Below, one piece after another: positions 25,670 through 36,490 of a stretch of DNA of 38,844 nucleotides. Within the stretch, counting starts at the first letter, position 1. Each line of letters begins with the position of its first letter. The notes below the pieces were generated by a model that saw only the letters and a program-made list of their open reading frames with translations, was not told the origin of the DNA and did not search any database. The position numbers and the translations under genes were made by a program. The stretch is from Candidatus Woesearchaeota archaeon (lineage in GTDB: Archaea > Nanobdellota > Nanobdellia > SCGC-AAA011-G17 > JACPIM01): the NCBI GenBank assembly GCA_964513145.1, contig CAZELK010000007.1, forward strand, positions 11,960-50,803. The letters run 5' to 3'.

Positions 25670-25790
25670 TTTATCCCCCGATAAACTATAAGTTAAATTT
25701 TATTATGATAAGATTTATAAATAAAATGCGTTCCCACTATATAAATGTTTCTATAGCTTTTATTGTAACTTTATAGGTATAAAATTAGAA

Positions 25791-26174
25791 TTATTTTTTG
25801 TCCATAAGAATTGCATTAATGGTGCCTTCCTGGCCTGGTCTTGAGGTTATCCTAGCAATTCCTTTTTCTGTTTTTATTAAAGCACCTCTTGTCATTATAT
25901 TTCTTCTGACAAAATGCCTGTTAGCCGGGTTTTCTGTAATTGTGATTATTTTTAATTTTTCAAATTTTTTTGTTTTTGGGTCAAAGACATTCGCCATATT
26001 ATGAGCAAGAAGTTTTACCTTTAAATGTCCACCTTTTGATCTCTCTTGTTTAAGATGTTTTTCAGCTAAACTTGTTAATGATGGAAGATTACCTTTGTGT
26101 TTTAATTTTTTAACTACTGATTTATATTTTCCACCAGTAACTTTTCTGTTTGATCTGAATTGTGAAATTGCCAT
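25791..26174 (-). CDS. rps8e: 30S ribosomal protein S8e
   Basis: RKVTGGK, ENPANRHFVRRNIMTRGA, TSRPGQEG. Confidence 0.97.
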   Translation of the reverse strand: MAISQFRSNRKVTGGKYKSVVKKLKHKGNLPSLTSLAEKHLKQERSKGGHLKVKLLAHNMANVFDPKTKKFEKLKIITITENPANRHFVRRNIMTRGALIKTEKGIARITSRPGQEGTINAILMDKK

Positions 26175-26293
26175 TTAATTTTTTCTGATTTGTTGGGTAT
26201 AAAAATATTTTGTTTTTTATATTATTTAATTTGAAACACAAACTTTATATAGTCTCTTTAAGAAAGACTAACTATCTTTATGGGGGTTATTAC

Positions 26294-26518
26294 ATGGAAT
26301 CAGACAGACCACTAGATGCCTTAAATAATGCTAGGGGCAAGAGAATTATGGTTGAGTTAAAGAATGGGAAACAACTTATAGGAAAACTCAAGGCATTTGA
26401 TATTCATATTAATGTTGTTTTAGAAGATGTAGAAGAAAGAGTGGATGGAAATTTAAAAAGAAAAATAGGGACTGCTTTTCTTCGAGGCGATACTATAATC
26501 TTAATAACTCCAGAATAA
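26294..26518 (+). CDS. Sm-like (Lsm) protein
   Basis: [23 protein letters not shown]; adjacent to rpl37e. Confidence 0.95.
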   Translation: MESDRPLDALNNARGKRIMVELKNGKQLIGKLKAFDIHINVVLEDVEERVDGNLKRKIGTAFLRGDTIILITPE

Positions 26519-26519
26519 A

Positions 26520-26732
26520 ATGTCAAAAGGAACCCCTTCTCAAGGAAAAAAAGCCAGAGCAAAACTACATTACAAATGTAGAAGGTGCGGAAGAAATTCT
26601 TACCATAAAAAAACAAGCATATGCAGTAACTGCGGCTATGGAAAGACTTCTAAATTAAGAAAATATTCCTGGCAAAAAAAACATTATTTAACCAGGTTAA
26701 ATAAAGTTAAAAGAAATAACAAAATAAAATAA
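26520..26732 (+). CDS. rpl37e: 50S ribosomal protein L37e
   Basis: [15 protein letters not shown]...CSNCGYG. Confidence 0.97.
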   Translation: MSKGTPSQGKKARAKLHYKCRRCGRNSYHKKTSICSNCGYGKTSKLRKYSWQKKHYLTRLNKVKRNNKIK

Positions 26733-26781
26733 TTTTTGAAAACATAATTTTTTTAAACTATTAATTTAGTCATATTTATGT

Positions 26782-26945
26782 GCGGGGATGCCGGAGCGGT
26801 CAAATGTAATGCTTTATTACAGACTTAACGGGCTAGAGATTACCCTAGTAATCGGCTATGCTAAGGGATCAGCCATGCTTAGGCTATCTGATAGAAGAAA
26901 CCTAGTGGCTCAGTGCCTACGGAGGTTCGAACCCTCTTCCCCGCA
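26782..26945 (+). tRNA. tRNA-Leu(UAG) with introns at 21/22, 30/31 (tandem pair or one 40-nt intron) and 37/38
   Basis: Acceptor GCGGGGA/TCCCCGC, long variable arm; introns 26804-26827, 26837-26859 plus 26860-26876, and 26884-26899; anticodon TAG 26880-26882. Confidence 0.88.
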
Positions 26946-26948
26946 ATA

Positions 26949-29753
26949 TTAAAAAATCCGAATTTTTTTATAAGATGATTCATAGGCTTTAACTGCTTTT
27001 TTAGAATTATTCAATAATCTTTTTAATGTATTATATGTACTTGGAGATTTATTTTTATCTATTTGGTTTAAAATTTCTATAATTACCTTTACAAGCTTTA
27101 CCTGAACTTCATTTTCTAAAAAGTCAATTTTACCAAATGCGCCGTTTATAATCTGGACAGCAACATACTCATTTATCTTTGATAGCTTAATTAATACTTC
27201 TTTTGTAAACTGTCTACCTTCTTCTGTTAATAATGATTTACGTTTGTTTCGAATAAATATTGCATAAAGTGCTCTTTGAGAATTAGTCTGCTCAATTTTA
27301 AATGATGGGGATTTTTCTACTTTTTTTATTATTTCTAATGCATCATCGCTTTCATTTGATCCCAATACACTTAAAAAAGATTCATAATGAACGAGATTTT
27401 TTTCAGCTTGTTCTTGTTCGTTTTGAATTATATTTAATTTATCTTTTGCAGATGTTCTTAAATATAAACTAAAAGCGGCTATTTTGTCTGTAAACTTTTC
27501 AGAAAGTAAATACTGTTCTTTAATTAAATCATAGATATCTTTTGTATCTAATCTCGTCAATAACCCGAGACACAAATTTTTTATTTGTCTGTTTTTTATA
27601 TTTACTAATTCTTTTTGTATAAAATTTCCGTTAACTTTTTTGTTTTTGTATTCGCTATAGATATTAATGAGCTCTTTTTTATATCTGACTGCTATTGATT
27701 TTAGTATCTTTTCTTTTACTTCATACAATTGCTGATATTTGTGCTGATATTTTAAATTTTCAACTGACTGGGTAATTGATAATATTAAAGAACCAACTTT
27801 GCTTACTAATTCTTTATTATTAAGAATATTAAAAAACAAGTCAATAAATTCTAATCCAGTATTTGCTTTTTTATCTTTTAAAAGTTTAAGTTTTTCCTGT
27901 TCAGCTATTTTATAGAAAGCAATATATTTATTTATTATATCTGGGTCCAAGTTTACTTGTGTATATAATTCTTTCAGGCTTTGTTTATAATTTACTTTGC
28001 CATAAAAAGAATAATCTCTGTTTAAAGATATAATCTCTGGCTTAATTACATTTTTAAAAATAAGCCTTGTTTTATACCTGTTAATTCGCTTGATTAATGA
28101 TTTAATTATATTTCCATTTTTATCAATTAAAGCAATATCAAATGGAAATTCCCATGGCTTTTTTCCTTTAATTTTCTTTTGCGAGATATCAATAACAAGT
28201 TTTTTTGATTTGTAGTTTGTTTTTACATCAACTATTGGGAAATTAGTTTGTTTTAACCATGTTGCAGCCATTTTCTGGAATTTCATTTTAGAAACTTTCT
28301 CCATAGATTCAACCCATTGTTTTCTTGAGGCGTTACTATGCCTGAAAGTTCTATGGTACAAATCTAAAGCTCTTACAAACAACTCTCTGCCCATTAACTG
28401 CTGGACCATACGAATAAATTCAGGTGCCTTAACATATGTAACGTCAGTTATTAAATCGTCTGGTGTATTGAAACCGTCTGGCTCAATTGGCATAGCTAAT
28501 GCGCTTGAGTCTTTATCAAAAGTACCACCCGGGACTATTAATGTTAAAACTCTCTGCAGTCTTTCGTAATCTTTGCCAGTCATTTCAGATAAGTATTCTG
28601 TTTCTATATGGACTGTAACTGCTTCGTTTAACCATATTTCAAATGGACTTTTGCCAGTAACTTCTGAACCATTTAAGTTATGATAAAATTCATGGACTTT
28701 TACATTAATCATGTATTCAAATGCTGTGTCAGTCATTTCTTTGAATGGGAGTAATCTGTTTGCTGTAATTGTTGTATTCCCTACATTTTCCATACCTCCG
28801 AAATTCGAGTTTTGCATTCCAATTTCTCGATAAACTGTGCCAGTATATTTATAACCGAATTTTAAGCTTGAGGCTAAATCTTTTATTTCTTTTCTTATTT
28901 CCAATAAATCTCCTTTATTTTTCTTTAGATATTCTCTTTTATGTATTAAAGAATAGATTTTGTTTTTTGTATCAAGATTATTATATTTTTCTGAACCAGT
29001 AAATAAATGAATCCACATTATACCATTAAATAAGATGTCCAATGCTCTTTCTGCCTGATCTTTATCTGAATTTAATGGCGCTAATATTTCTAAATTAAAT
29101 ATTGCTCCATCTGGATATTCGAATTCTCTTACAAATGTTGAATATGTGCCTACACCCAAAAAAAATAAATATGGGGTCATCGGGGTTTTTGTATTTGAAT
29201 AAACTATTTTATCTCTTCCATTGCCAGCTGATTTTCTTGGCTCAATAACATCGCCATTTGTGATTATATTTGTATATCTGCTATCTGCTGTTATTGTTGT
29301 TATGTAAGTGCATTTAGCAGTCATGTCATCAATACAAGGAACTATTCTCTGAAAGCCCCATTGCTGGCATTGCGTTATTTGCTGAGGGGGGCAATTTTTT
29401 GGGGTTTCATCATAATATAATCCTTCGAGAATGTTTTTTGTTGGCCTGCAGATTGTTTCTGTATAAATTATAAATTCTGTATTTTTAGGTATTGATTTTT
29501 TAAATTTAATAAATATTTTATTTTCTGATTTTTTATATTCGTGATCTAAATCACATAAATTACAGCTTATTTTTAACAAGTCCAAGTTATTTGCATTTAA
29601 TTCTAGTTCATCTAAATTCTTTAAGGATTTTAATCTTAAACTTGACCTGACTTTTGTATATGCATCATAAACATCAAAATCCAAATCCATATGAATTACT
29701 TTAACTATTAAATCCTTAAAATCTTCAGGGTAATATTTGAATTCTCTTTTCAT
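26949..29753 (-). CDS. pepN: M1-family aminopeptidase N
   Basis: GGMEN, HEFYH-x18-E (WLNEA), TQCQQWGFQRI. Confidence 0.93.
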   Translation of the reverse strand: MKREFKYYPEDFKDLIVKVIHMDLDFDVYDAYTKVRSSLRLKSLKNLDELELNANNLDLLKISCNLCDLDHEYKKSENKIFIKFKKSIPKNTEFIIYTETICRPTKNILEGLYYDETPKNCPPQQITQCQQWGFQRIVPCIDDMTAKCTYITTITADSRYTNIITNGDVIEPRKSAGNGRDKIVYSNTKTPMTPYLFFLGVGTYSTFVREFEYPDGAIFNLEILAPLNSDKDQAERALDILFNGIMWIHLFTGSEKYNNLDTKNKIYSLIHKREYLKKNKGDLLEIRKEIKDLASSLKFGYKYTGTVYREIGMQNSNFGGMENVGNTTITANRLLPFKEMTDTAFEYMINVKVHEFYHNLNGSEVTGKSPFEIWLNEAVTVHIETEYLSEMTGKDYERLQRVLTLIVPGGTFDKDSSALAMPIEPDGFNTPDDLITDVTYVKAPEFIRMVQQLMGRELFVRALDLYHRTFRHSNASRKQWVESMEKVSKMKFQKMAATWLKQTNFPIVDVKTNYKSKKLVIDISQKKIKGKKPWEFPFDIALIDKNGNIIKSLIKRINRYKTRLIFKNVIKPEIISLNRDYSFYGKVNYKQSLKELYTQVNLDPDIINKYIAFYKIAEQEKLKLLKDKKANTGLEFIDLFFNILNNKELVSKVGSLILSITQSVENLKYQHKYQQLYEVKEKILKSIAVRYKKELINIYSEYKNKKVNGNFIQKELVNIKNRQIKNLCLGLLTRLDTKDIYDLIKEQYLLSEKFTDKIAAFSLYLRTSAKDKLNIIQNEQEQAEKNLVHYESFLSVLGSNESDDALEIIKKVEKSPSFKIEQTNSQRALYAIFIRNKRKSLLTEEGRQFTKEVLIKLSKINEYVAVQIINGAFGKIDFLENEVQVKLVKVIIEILNQIDKNKSPSTYNTLKRLLNNSKKAVKAYESSYKKIRIF

Positions 29754-29756
29754 CTT

Positions 29757-30260
29757 TTAGGTTTTCTTTCTCTCATCTTGGCTATTTCTTATTATGAGAT
29801 TAATATTCTTAAAAAATATCTCAGCATTTTTTAAACTTTCTTCTGCTGGTTCGAAATTTGCTTGTGGCAATTTTTTATATGTAAAACTGCCTCTTTTTGA
29901 TTTTTCTTTTACAAATATCCCAAGAAGAGCCTCTGCTTTTATAACTATAGACTTATATATTTTTAATAAATCTAAATCGATTTCGCCTGATAAAGCTAAT
30001 TTCTCGAATTCATCAAGTGTTTTTTTATGCTCTTCTGGCGGACTAGTAATTATCTCTTTATTCTCTAGAATTGCTTTTGCTGAATAAAATATACAATAAT
30101 AAGAAATACTAATTACATTGCTAAAGAAGGTTGAATCCTCTTTTAACTCAAATTCTATTTTTAATTTATTATCATTGGAAATTTTAAATATCGCTTTTGC
30201 TAATTCAAGCTCATTTTTTGCTCTTTCAAGATATAATATTTCTTTACCCTCTGAACCCAT
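29757..30260 (-). CDS. HEPN domain protein (toxin)
   Basis: YLERAKNEL, SYYCIFYSAKAIL; overlaps the MNT gene. Confidence 0.85.
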   Translation of the reverse strand: MGSEGKEILYLERAKNELELAKAIFKISNDNKLKIEFELKEDSTFFSNVISISYYCIFYSAKAILENKEIITSPPEEHKKTLDEFEKLALSGEIDLDLLKIYKSIVIKAEALLGIFVKEKSKRGSFTYKKLPQANFEPAEESLKNAEIFFKNINLIIRNSQDERKKT

Positions 30261-30861
30261 TTTTATTAGCCTCTTTTAGCAAACTATAAAAAATTTCATG
30301 ATTATAAAATAATTTGTGTTCTTTGAAAATCTGCTTACCAAGATTTTCTTCACTTCTTAATAACATTTTAATAAAATCTTCAAAGGTTATATAATGATCA
30401 TCTATTTTTGATGCAAAATTTAATTTTACCTCATTTACATATGGTTTTATCTGCTTCTCCCTATCTTTATTTTCAATAAGAAAGCAAATATCCAAATCAG
30501 ATTCATTTGTTTGCTTTTGTTTTGCATAGCTCCCAAATACTATAAGAGAATATGTTTTTACCTTTATTATATCGATTAAATCTGATATTATATCCATTTT
30601 TGGAAAATTAATACTATCTTGATTATCTAAATACTGTAAAAATTGAATAGTTAGCTGGTTCTTTAAATTTAACTTGTAAAGATTAATATTAGCTTTCTTT
30701 TTTTTATTTAGGATTTTTTTATCAACTAGCTCATTTACTGCATTAAAGACCCATGTTTTGGTATTTTTCCTTAGTGATTTCATAATCTCAGAAACAGCTA
30801 ACTCTACAAATATGTCTGTTTTCCAAGCCTTCAAAATACCCAGTTTTTTATTTGAAATCAT
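30244..30861 (-). CDS. Minimal nucleotidyltransferase (MNT) antitoxin with N-terminal HTH
   Basis: FGSYA...SDLDI motif. Confidence 0.88.
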   Translation of the reverse strand: MISNKKLGILKAWKTDIFVELAVSEIMKSLRKNTKTWVFNAVNELVDKKILNKKKKANINLYKLNLKNQLTIQFLQYLDNQDSINFPKMDIISDLIDIIKVKTYSLIVFGSYAKQKQTNESDLDICFLIENKDREKQIKPYVNEVKLNFASKIDDHYITFEDFIKMLLRSEENLGKQIFKEHKLFYNHEIFYSLLKEANKNGFRG

Positions 30862-30930
30862 AAGAATAAATATATATTACTTATTTAAATAATTATCGTT
30901 ACTTTTATAAATAATATTGCTTTTGGATAA

Positions 30931-31752
30931 CTATTTTAAATTTTCTATTTTCTTTGTTAAAAATACCTTAAATACGTTATTTATTATTAAAAATACAAAT
31001 AGTGATATCATTAAAATAATTATTGAATTCTTATTTATTCTAGCTATCCAGATAAATAAAGTGGATGAAATAAACGTTGCTAATAAAAAATGAACAAAGG
31101 TTTTTGATATTTTTTTATACTCTTTTTTTAATAATTTAAATGAATCCCTGATACTATTTTTATTTGACCATATTAAAAGACAAATATAAATATAATAAAT
31201 AGCCAAAATCAACAAAGATAATAATAAGATTATAATAAGTTCTTTTGCATTAAAATAATTTTTAAACCAAAAATCTAAAATAAATGGTCTTGCCCTTATT
31301 ATTGTTTTTGATGTTAAAAAAAATAAAATAACTCCAAATGGAATGCTCAAAATAATAAATTTCTTTAAATAAGTTTTATAATTTTTTAATTTTAAATTAG
31401 TTATCAATAAATTCCAGCTTATTGACTGCGAGATTATATATATTAAAAATGAAATTGAAAATAAGATTATAAGCCAAAATATAATATTATTAGCCATCTG
31501 GGAAATTATGCTTAAATTTGAATTCAAGTCATTATAATTTGCAATAGAGGCATTATTTTGCAAAACTGAACCAATATTGTTTAAATTTTCTGTAAAACTT
31601 TGTATAGTCTGGTAATAAATTTTTACTTTTGCAAAAATATATTTTGTCAACAATAAAACTAAAATTAAAGAAATGTAATTTATTATGACAGCTACTGACA
31701 AGTGTTTTAAATTAAAATATTTCATATTAAGGAAGGGTTCCTTTGGCAACAT
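30931..31752 (-). CDS. Polytopic membrane protein
   Basis: About six hydrophobic helices; overlaps the upstream gene. Confidence 0.75.
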   Translation of the reverse strand: MLPKEPFLNMKYFNLKHLSVAVIINYISLILVLLLTKYIFAKVKIYYQTIQSFTENLNNIGSVLQNNASIANYNDLNSNLSIISQMANNIIFWLIILFSISFLIYIISQSISWNLLITNLKLKNYKTYLKKFIILSIPFGVILFFLTSKTIIRARPFILDFWFKNYFNAKELIIILLLSLLILAIYYIYICLLIWSNKNSIRDSFKLLKKEYKKISKTFVHFLLATFISSTLFIWIARINKNSIIILMISLFVFLIINNVFKVFLTKKIENLK

Positions 31753-34700
31753 TTATTAATTTATCAATTTCTGCGTTTGGTAATGTTTCATATCCTGTAG
31801 AGGTACTGTATTCTAATCTCGTTATAGATGGCTGTCTATATATTAGAATAATGTCTTGTATACCATCTTGCCAGTTATTATTTTTTAATAGATTAATTAA
31901 ATTCTCAAATAAACCTGGAGTAGTACTGAACTTACTTACTTGCTCAAATTTAGAACCATCATTTGAAGCTTCCCAGTGATCTGAAACAAATTGCAAATAC
32001 AAACTAGCACCCGTTGTTTCTGTCAAAATTATTATTTCTGATTTTTGCGCTATAGTAGCAGCTGGTGCGGATGGTGGAGTTGTTGTTGCAGTTGGTGGGA
32101 CTGTTGTAGTTGGAGGAGCGGAACTTGCAGCTATATTTAGCCATCTTTTATCTTTAATTGCATCTTCAATCTCATCCTTAATCTCCTGTATAAATATATT
32201 TTTATCTGTTTTTGCTTTTTCTAATTCTTTTAATAAATCATTTATATCTGAATGTGTTTTTGAATCTAGACCTTTGTCTGTAGCATAAAAGTCCAATATT
32301 ATTTTTAATGCTTCAATTTGAATAAGCCTTGTATCTTTTAATGCCTCTAATTTTGCCAACTCAGCCAAGTAAGAATTATAATTTTTATTATATTTTAAAA
32401 TTAAAAGTGCGACAAGATAATTGTATTTGCCTTCATCCAATAATAGTTTGAATTTTGCATCCTTTAGCAATAAGGATTTAGTTTCTGAAACATCATCTTC
32501 TTTAAATGCCTCTTCTTTTAATCCAGCTACTTTAGCCATCTCTCTTCCTAATTTTTCTGCAGCTCCAAAAGATTTAATTGTTTTTTCAATTTCATCATTC
32601 AGCAAAGGAGCAAATGGTCTGCATGTGCCTGTACAACATGATCTTATTCCAATATCCCCAGTTCCTTCTCCAAGAGCCCGGCTTAATAATGGGCCTTCAG
32701 ATTTTATATTGAATTCAGCCAGGACTGCACCATCAATACATTTTTCATAAACATGGCATAAGTTTGCATTTTGATTTTGTTCGCAACTGTCTTTGAATAC
32801 TTTTGACTGAATTTCCGGATATTTTTCCAGATTTGCATGTTCCCAGCATTTTCCTATTGTGTTTCCTTTTTCATCAACACCGCATTCCCCTATAATGAAC
32901 CATTCTTTTTCTTTTGGATTTCCTAAACCCAAATATGGACTACTGAAAGAACATCTTCTTTCAACAGCTGCTGAAGGAACAAAGCCAGCACTGTAGCTGG
33001 ATAAAGAGCTTTGCTGAGAAGGAATACATTCAGAAGCTTTTGTAATTTTTGAAGCTAAATTATCTGCAATGTAAGTGTTTGCAATTTGGTTAATTCCAAA
33101 ACTTGATGAAACTGTTTTTCCAAAGCCGCACTGCACTTTTCCATTTAGATTTATACAAATCTCCTGATAACCACGAGGAGCTATATAGTCTTTACTTTCA
33201 TCTGCAAATTCCCCAGATTTTAGAGATCCCTGGGAAATTAAAAAATCCTTCAATCCTTGCGATTTTAAAAATACCTGGTAATTAATTATCTGGTTTTCTT
33301 CTCTTGGGGTTCCTGCATAAATATGATAAAATACATTGTATCTTGATGCTCCCAATGTTGGGCTATAATCATGTTCTTCAAATATAGCACTAAACTGAGG
33401 GGGGTCTTCTGGTTTTGCAAGTTCAGATAATTTACCTAAATTAGGGAATGCTCCCCCAATTGCAGATCTGCATAATTCAGCACCTATCTGGTCTGTTGTT
33501 TTTCCCCTGTATGAAGCAAAAATTGTTGTTGCATAGCTGTTTGTGAAATAATCAACTGTCTTTTTTAAGCCTTCAACTCTTGGCTTCATGTTCAAATAAT
33601 CAGAAGCACTGCCACCAGATATTTTTTTTGTCAGAAAATTCAATACTCCGCCGCGACTATTTAACAAAGTCATTACTTCTTTCCAGATTATTTCGCACAT
33701 AAATATAGAACGTATTTTATCACATATTCCAACTGCCTTGTCATCTGCTTTTGCTGTTATTAAACAAGCTTTGTAAGCCTGCAGATAAGACCTAATATTT
33801 TTTAATGAAGCTAAAACTCCTGTGATGCAAATTGGAACTGCAACATCGCCACCAAATCCTACGAAATTAGGAGCACATAAAACAAATGAACCTATTAATC
33901 CTGACTGAATTACATTATCATCTGGAACTTCATAAAGCCCGCCAAGATCACATCTTGAAGCAGGACAAATAACTGGGTCACAGGCATTATACATTAATTT
34001 GCACTGGACTGGACCAAGAACTTCTTCACATTTTAATTCATTAATTCTTAATTTTTTAGTTGTATCTATTTTATACGGCTCTCCGAATAAATCTATATTT
34101 GAAAAACCTCTTTTTTGAGCAGGACCAATTCTGCCTTGAATAAATACTCTTTCTACTTCCAAATAAACTCTTGAACTGCCTGAATTTTTTGTAGCTGTAT
34201 CTATTCGTTTATCATTTTCTTCCTTTGGGTTGCTTATTAAATCTATATTTCCAATTCCCCTATAAACTTCTACACGGTCATTTTCATAGTAGGATATATA
34301 ATATGCTCCAGCTGCTTCGCCGTGCTTTACTTTCCATTCTTTTTCATATTGCTGTTTTAAAACTGGAGAAGCATAAAATTGCTGCTCACTTTTTATTGGG
34401 ATAACAACTATATTTCTTCCCTGGTCATCTTTTAATATCTGTATATTTTCCCTTGCTTCAGTAGACAATCCTCTTTCAGTAGATTCGATTTTTTCTGTTG
34501 ATGGGTTATAAATATAAGGCTTTCCTTCTGAATCATAAATTACTGTATTTTGAATTAAGTCACATTCATTTTTTTCTTTATTTTCTATGTAATAATATTG
34601 TGGCGGTCCTTCTTTAATATTTATAAAAATCTCATTATGTTTAGTAGTTGGAGAATCATAGAAAAATTTGTTGGATTTATCTTTTAATTTTACAAACCCA

Positions 34701-36490
34701 CCTTTTTCATTACAAGTTTTACTATCTTTATCTGCAGATAATCCACTCTTACTAAGAACATCGCCAGCAGTTAAAGTTGGTGTAACTGGAGCTTGCGAGC
34801 CAAGACCATAACCAAATATAAAATTATAAATTGTGAAAACTGCTGTTGTTATCAAACATATTTTTGTCCATGTTTCAACAACTGATTCTAATTTATCTAT
34901 TGTCTTTGTTAATCTGTCAATTAATTCCTGGGTTTTATTTATTTGTTCAGATATGCTTTTTGTAGAAAATTTAACAGGTCTTTTTTCTATTGGTATATTT
35001 AATGCAAACTGTGTTTCTGTTACACCTCTTTTTGCGCCTGACAATATTGTTATTTCAACACTTTTTTGAGTTTCTATACTTTCTAATTGAATAGTCTGGC
35101 TGCAGAATTTTGAAGGAAGGGTATCTAAGATTACTTCTCCCGGCAGTACAGTTTCTTCAAACAAGTATTTTCTATCCAGATTTCTTAAATACAATGGCGT
35201 AGTCTTTGTTGTACATTTTCCATCTAAGGTTTTATCTGGATGAGTTATCAAAACATTACCACCGCGAACACTTTCTAAAAAACATCTATTTTGTTTTGCT
35301 AAGCTTGTACACTCTGTCAACTCTTTTGAGTCTATTATATCCTTTCCTTCTTCAATTGTAGTTTTTCCAGGTTTGCCACCCACTTTAAAATTAGCAACTG
35401 GTTTTTTTCCAGTATTAATTTCCTTAACTTCAAAATCGCCCCAATCTGATTTTAATTTATTAAAAGATAATATATTAAATTTGGAATTTATTTTGCTTGT
35501 AAAGGCAGTGTATCCTTTTTCAATATCAGAAGATTTTCCAGTTTGTAAATAAACTTCTTCGCCAGTACCTATTTTTGTCAATTTAATATAACTTGGGTTT
35601 GTAATAACAATTTCACTAACACTCCAATCTAGAATTTTTGTGCCTTTAACTAAAGTATGATCTAAATTATCTATTGATATAACTGCATTTGGCTGGATTT
35701 TGTCTATAATTTTATTTAATCTTATTCTTACCTGATTTTCTGGCAGACTAGAACCTGGAACTAAACTTACTACAGCAGAATCCTGGCCTAAAGAAGATGT
35801 TGCTGTAGAAATAATTTTACCTTCACTATCATAAATTGTAAAAATAGCACTTTTTGAACTAACCTGCCTTAAAGCAATATGACCCTTACCACCAAACAGA
35901 TCATACTTCTGGTCTGTTATAATCTTAGATAAATCAACTACTGGTGTTTCATCCAATGTTATTGTCTGAGCACCGCCAATTAAATCAGAATTTATATCTG
36001 CTTCATATTCAATTCGCGCCTTTAGATTGACTGATATTTTATCAGGAACTTTATGCTCTTTTTCAATTTTTTTCAGTCTTAGTTCAATATACCCTATATC
36101 TGACCAAGACCAAACTTTCGGCTCATAATAACGGACTCCTGCTGTAGATGACTTATTTCCAGTTACTTCTGTTATTGAAACTCTCTGGATTCTTGGCAAT
36201 TCTGTAGAAGCAGTAGGAGTTGCTGAAAGAAAAGCAAAAACAGGTATACTTTGCTCTTCCAATACTGATGAAACTAAAACTGTTGGTTCATATCTGTTAA
36301 CTAAGATATTAACATTTGTAAACTGCCCTTCTGTAAATGACTCATCAGGAACTTCAGCTGAGAATAAACCACCTGTTTCTTCCTTGCCGACTTCTTTTGT
36401 TTCTGTTTGCGCCAATGTAAATGGCATGCTGACTAACAAAAATATTAAACTAAATACAATTAATTTATTTAAATTCCGGCTTTGGTACAT
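31727..36490 (-). CDS. Very large (1587 aa) secreted or membrane-anchored Cys-rich protein
   Basis: N-terminal signal peptide, internal TM segment, many Cys, Pro/Thr/Ala linker near the C-terminus. Confidence 0.85.
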   Translation of the reverse strand: MYQSRNLNKLIVFSLIFLLVSMPFTLAQTETKEVGKEETGGLFSAEVPDESFTEGQFTNVNILVNRYEPTVLVSSVLEEQSIPVFAFLSATPTASTELPRIQRVSITEVTGNKSSTAGVRYYEPKVWSWSDIGYIELRLKKIEKEHKVPDKISVNLKARIEYEADINSDLIGGAQTITLDETPVVDLSKIITDQKYDLFGGKGHIALRQVSSKSAIFTIYDSEGKIISTATSSLGQDSAVVSLVPGSSLPENQVRIRLNKIIDKIQPNAVISIDNLDHTLVKGTKILDWSVSEIVITNPSYIKLTKIGTGEEVYLQTGKSSDIEKGYTAFTSKINSKFNILSFNKLKSDWGDFEVKEINTGKKPVANFKVGGKPGKTTIEEGKDIIDSKELTECTSLAKQNRCFLESVRGGNVLITHPDKTLDGKCTTKTTPLYLRNLDRKYLFEETVLPGEVILDTLPSKFCSQTIQLESIETQKSVEITILSGAKRGVTETQFALNIPIEKRPVKFSTKSISEQINKTQELIDRLTKTIDKLESVVETWTKICLITTAVFTIYNFIFGYGLGSQAPVTPTLTAGDVLSKSGLSADKDSKTCNEKGGFVKLKDKSNKFFYDSPTTKHNEIFINIKEGPPQYYYIENKEKNECDLIQNTVIYDSEGKPYIYNPSTEKIESTERGLSTEARENIQILKDDQGRNIVVIPIKSEQQFYASPVLKQQYEKEWKVKHGEAAGAYYISYYENDRVEVYRGIGNIDLISNPKEENDKRIDTATKNSGSSRVYLEVERVFIQGRIGPAQKRGFSNIDLFGEPYKIDTTKKLRINELKCEEVLGPVQCKLMYNACDPVICPASRCDLGGLYEVPDDNVIQSGLIGSFVLCAPNFVGFGGDVAVPICITGVLASLKNIRSYLQAYKACLITAKADDKAVGICDKIRSIFMCEIIWKEVMTLLNSRGGVLNFLTKKISGGSASDYLNMKPRVEGLKKTVDYFTNSYATTIFASYRGKTTDQIGAELCRSAIGGAFPNLGKLSELAKPEDPPQFSAIFEEHDYSPTLGASRYNVFYHIYAGTPREENQIINYQVFLKSQGLKDFLISQGSLKSGEFADESKDYIAPRGYQEICINLNGKVQCGFGKTVSSSFGINQIANTYIADNLASKITKASECIPSQQSSLSSYSAGFVPSAAVERRCSFSSPYLGLGNPKEKEWFIIGECGVDEKGNTIGKCWEHANLEKYPEIQSKVFKDSCEQNQNANLCHVYEKCIDGAVLAEFNIKSEGPLLSRALGEGTGDIGIRSCCTGTCRPFAPLLNDEIEKTIKSFGAAEKLGREMAKVAGLKEEAFKEDDVSETKSLLLKDAKFKLLLDEGKYNYLVALLILKYNKNYNSYLAELAKLEALKDTRLIQIEALKIILDFYATDKGLDSKTHSDINDLLKELEKAKTDKNIFIQEIKDEIEDAIKDKRWLNIAASSAPPTTTVPPTATTTPPSAPAATIAQKSEIIILTETTGASLYLQFVSDHWEASNDGSKFEQVSKFSTTPGLFENLINLLKNNNWQDGIQDIILIYRQPSITRLEYSTSTGYETLPNAEIDKLINVAKGTLP

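Noticed and set aside
26860-26876. Leu anticodon AAG (CT-AAG-G) in tRNA-Leu
   Set aside because: That parse leaves extra unspliceable bases. Treating it as intron unit B yields a normal CT-TAG-GA loop.
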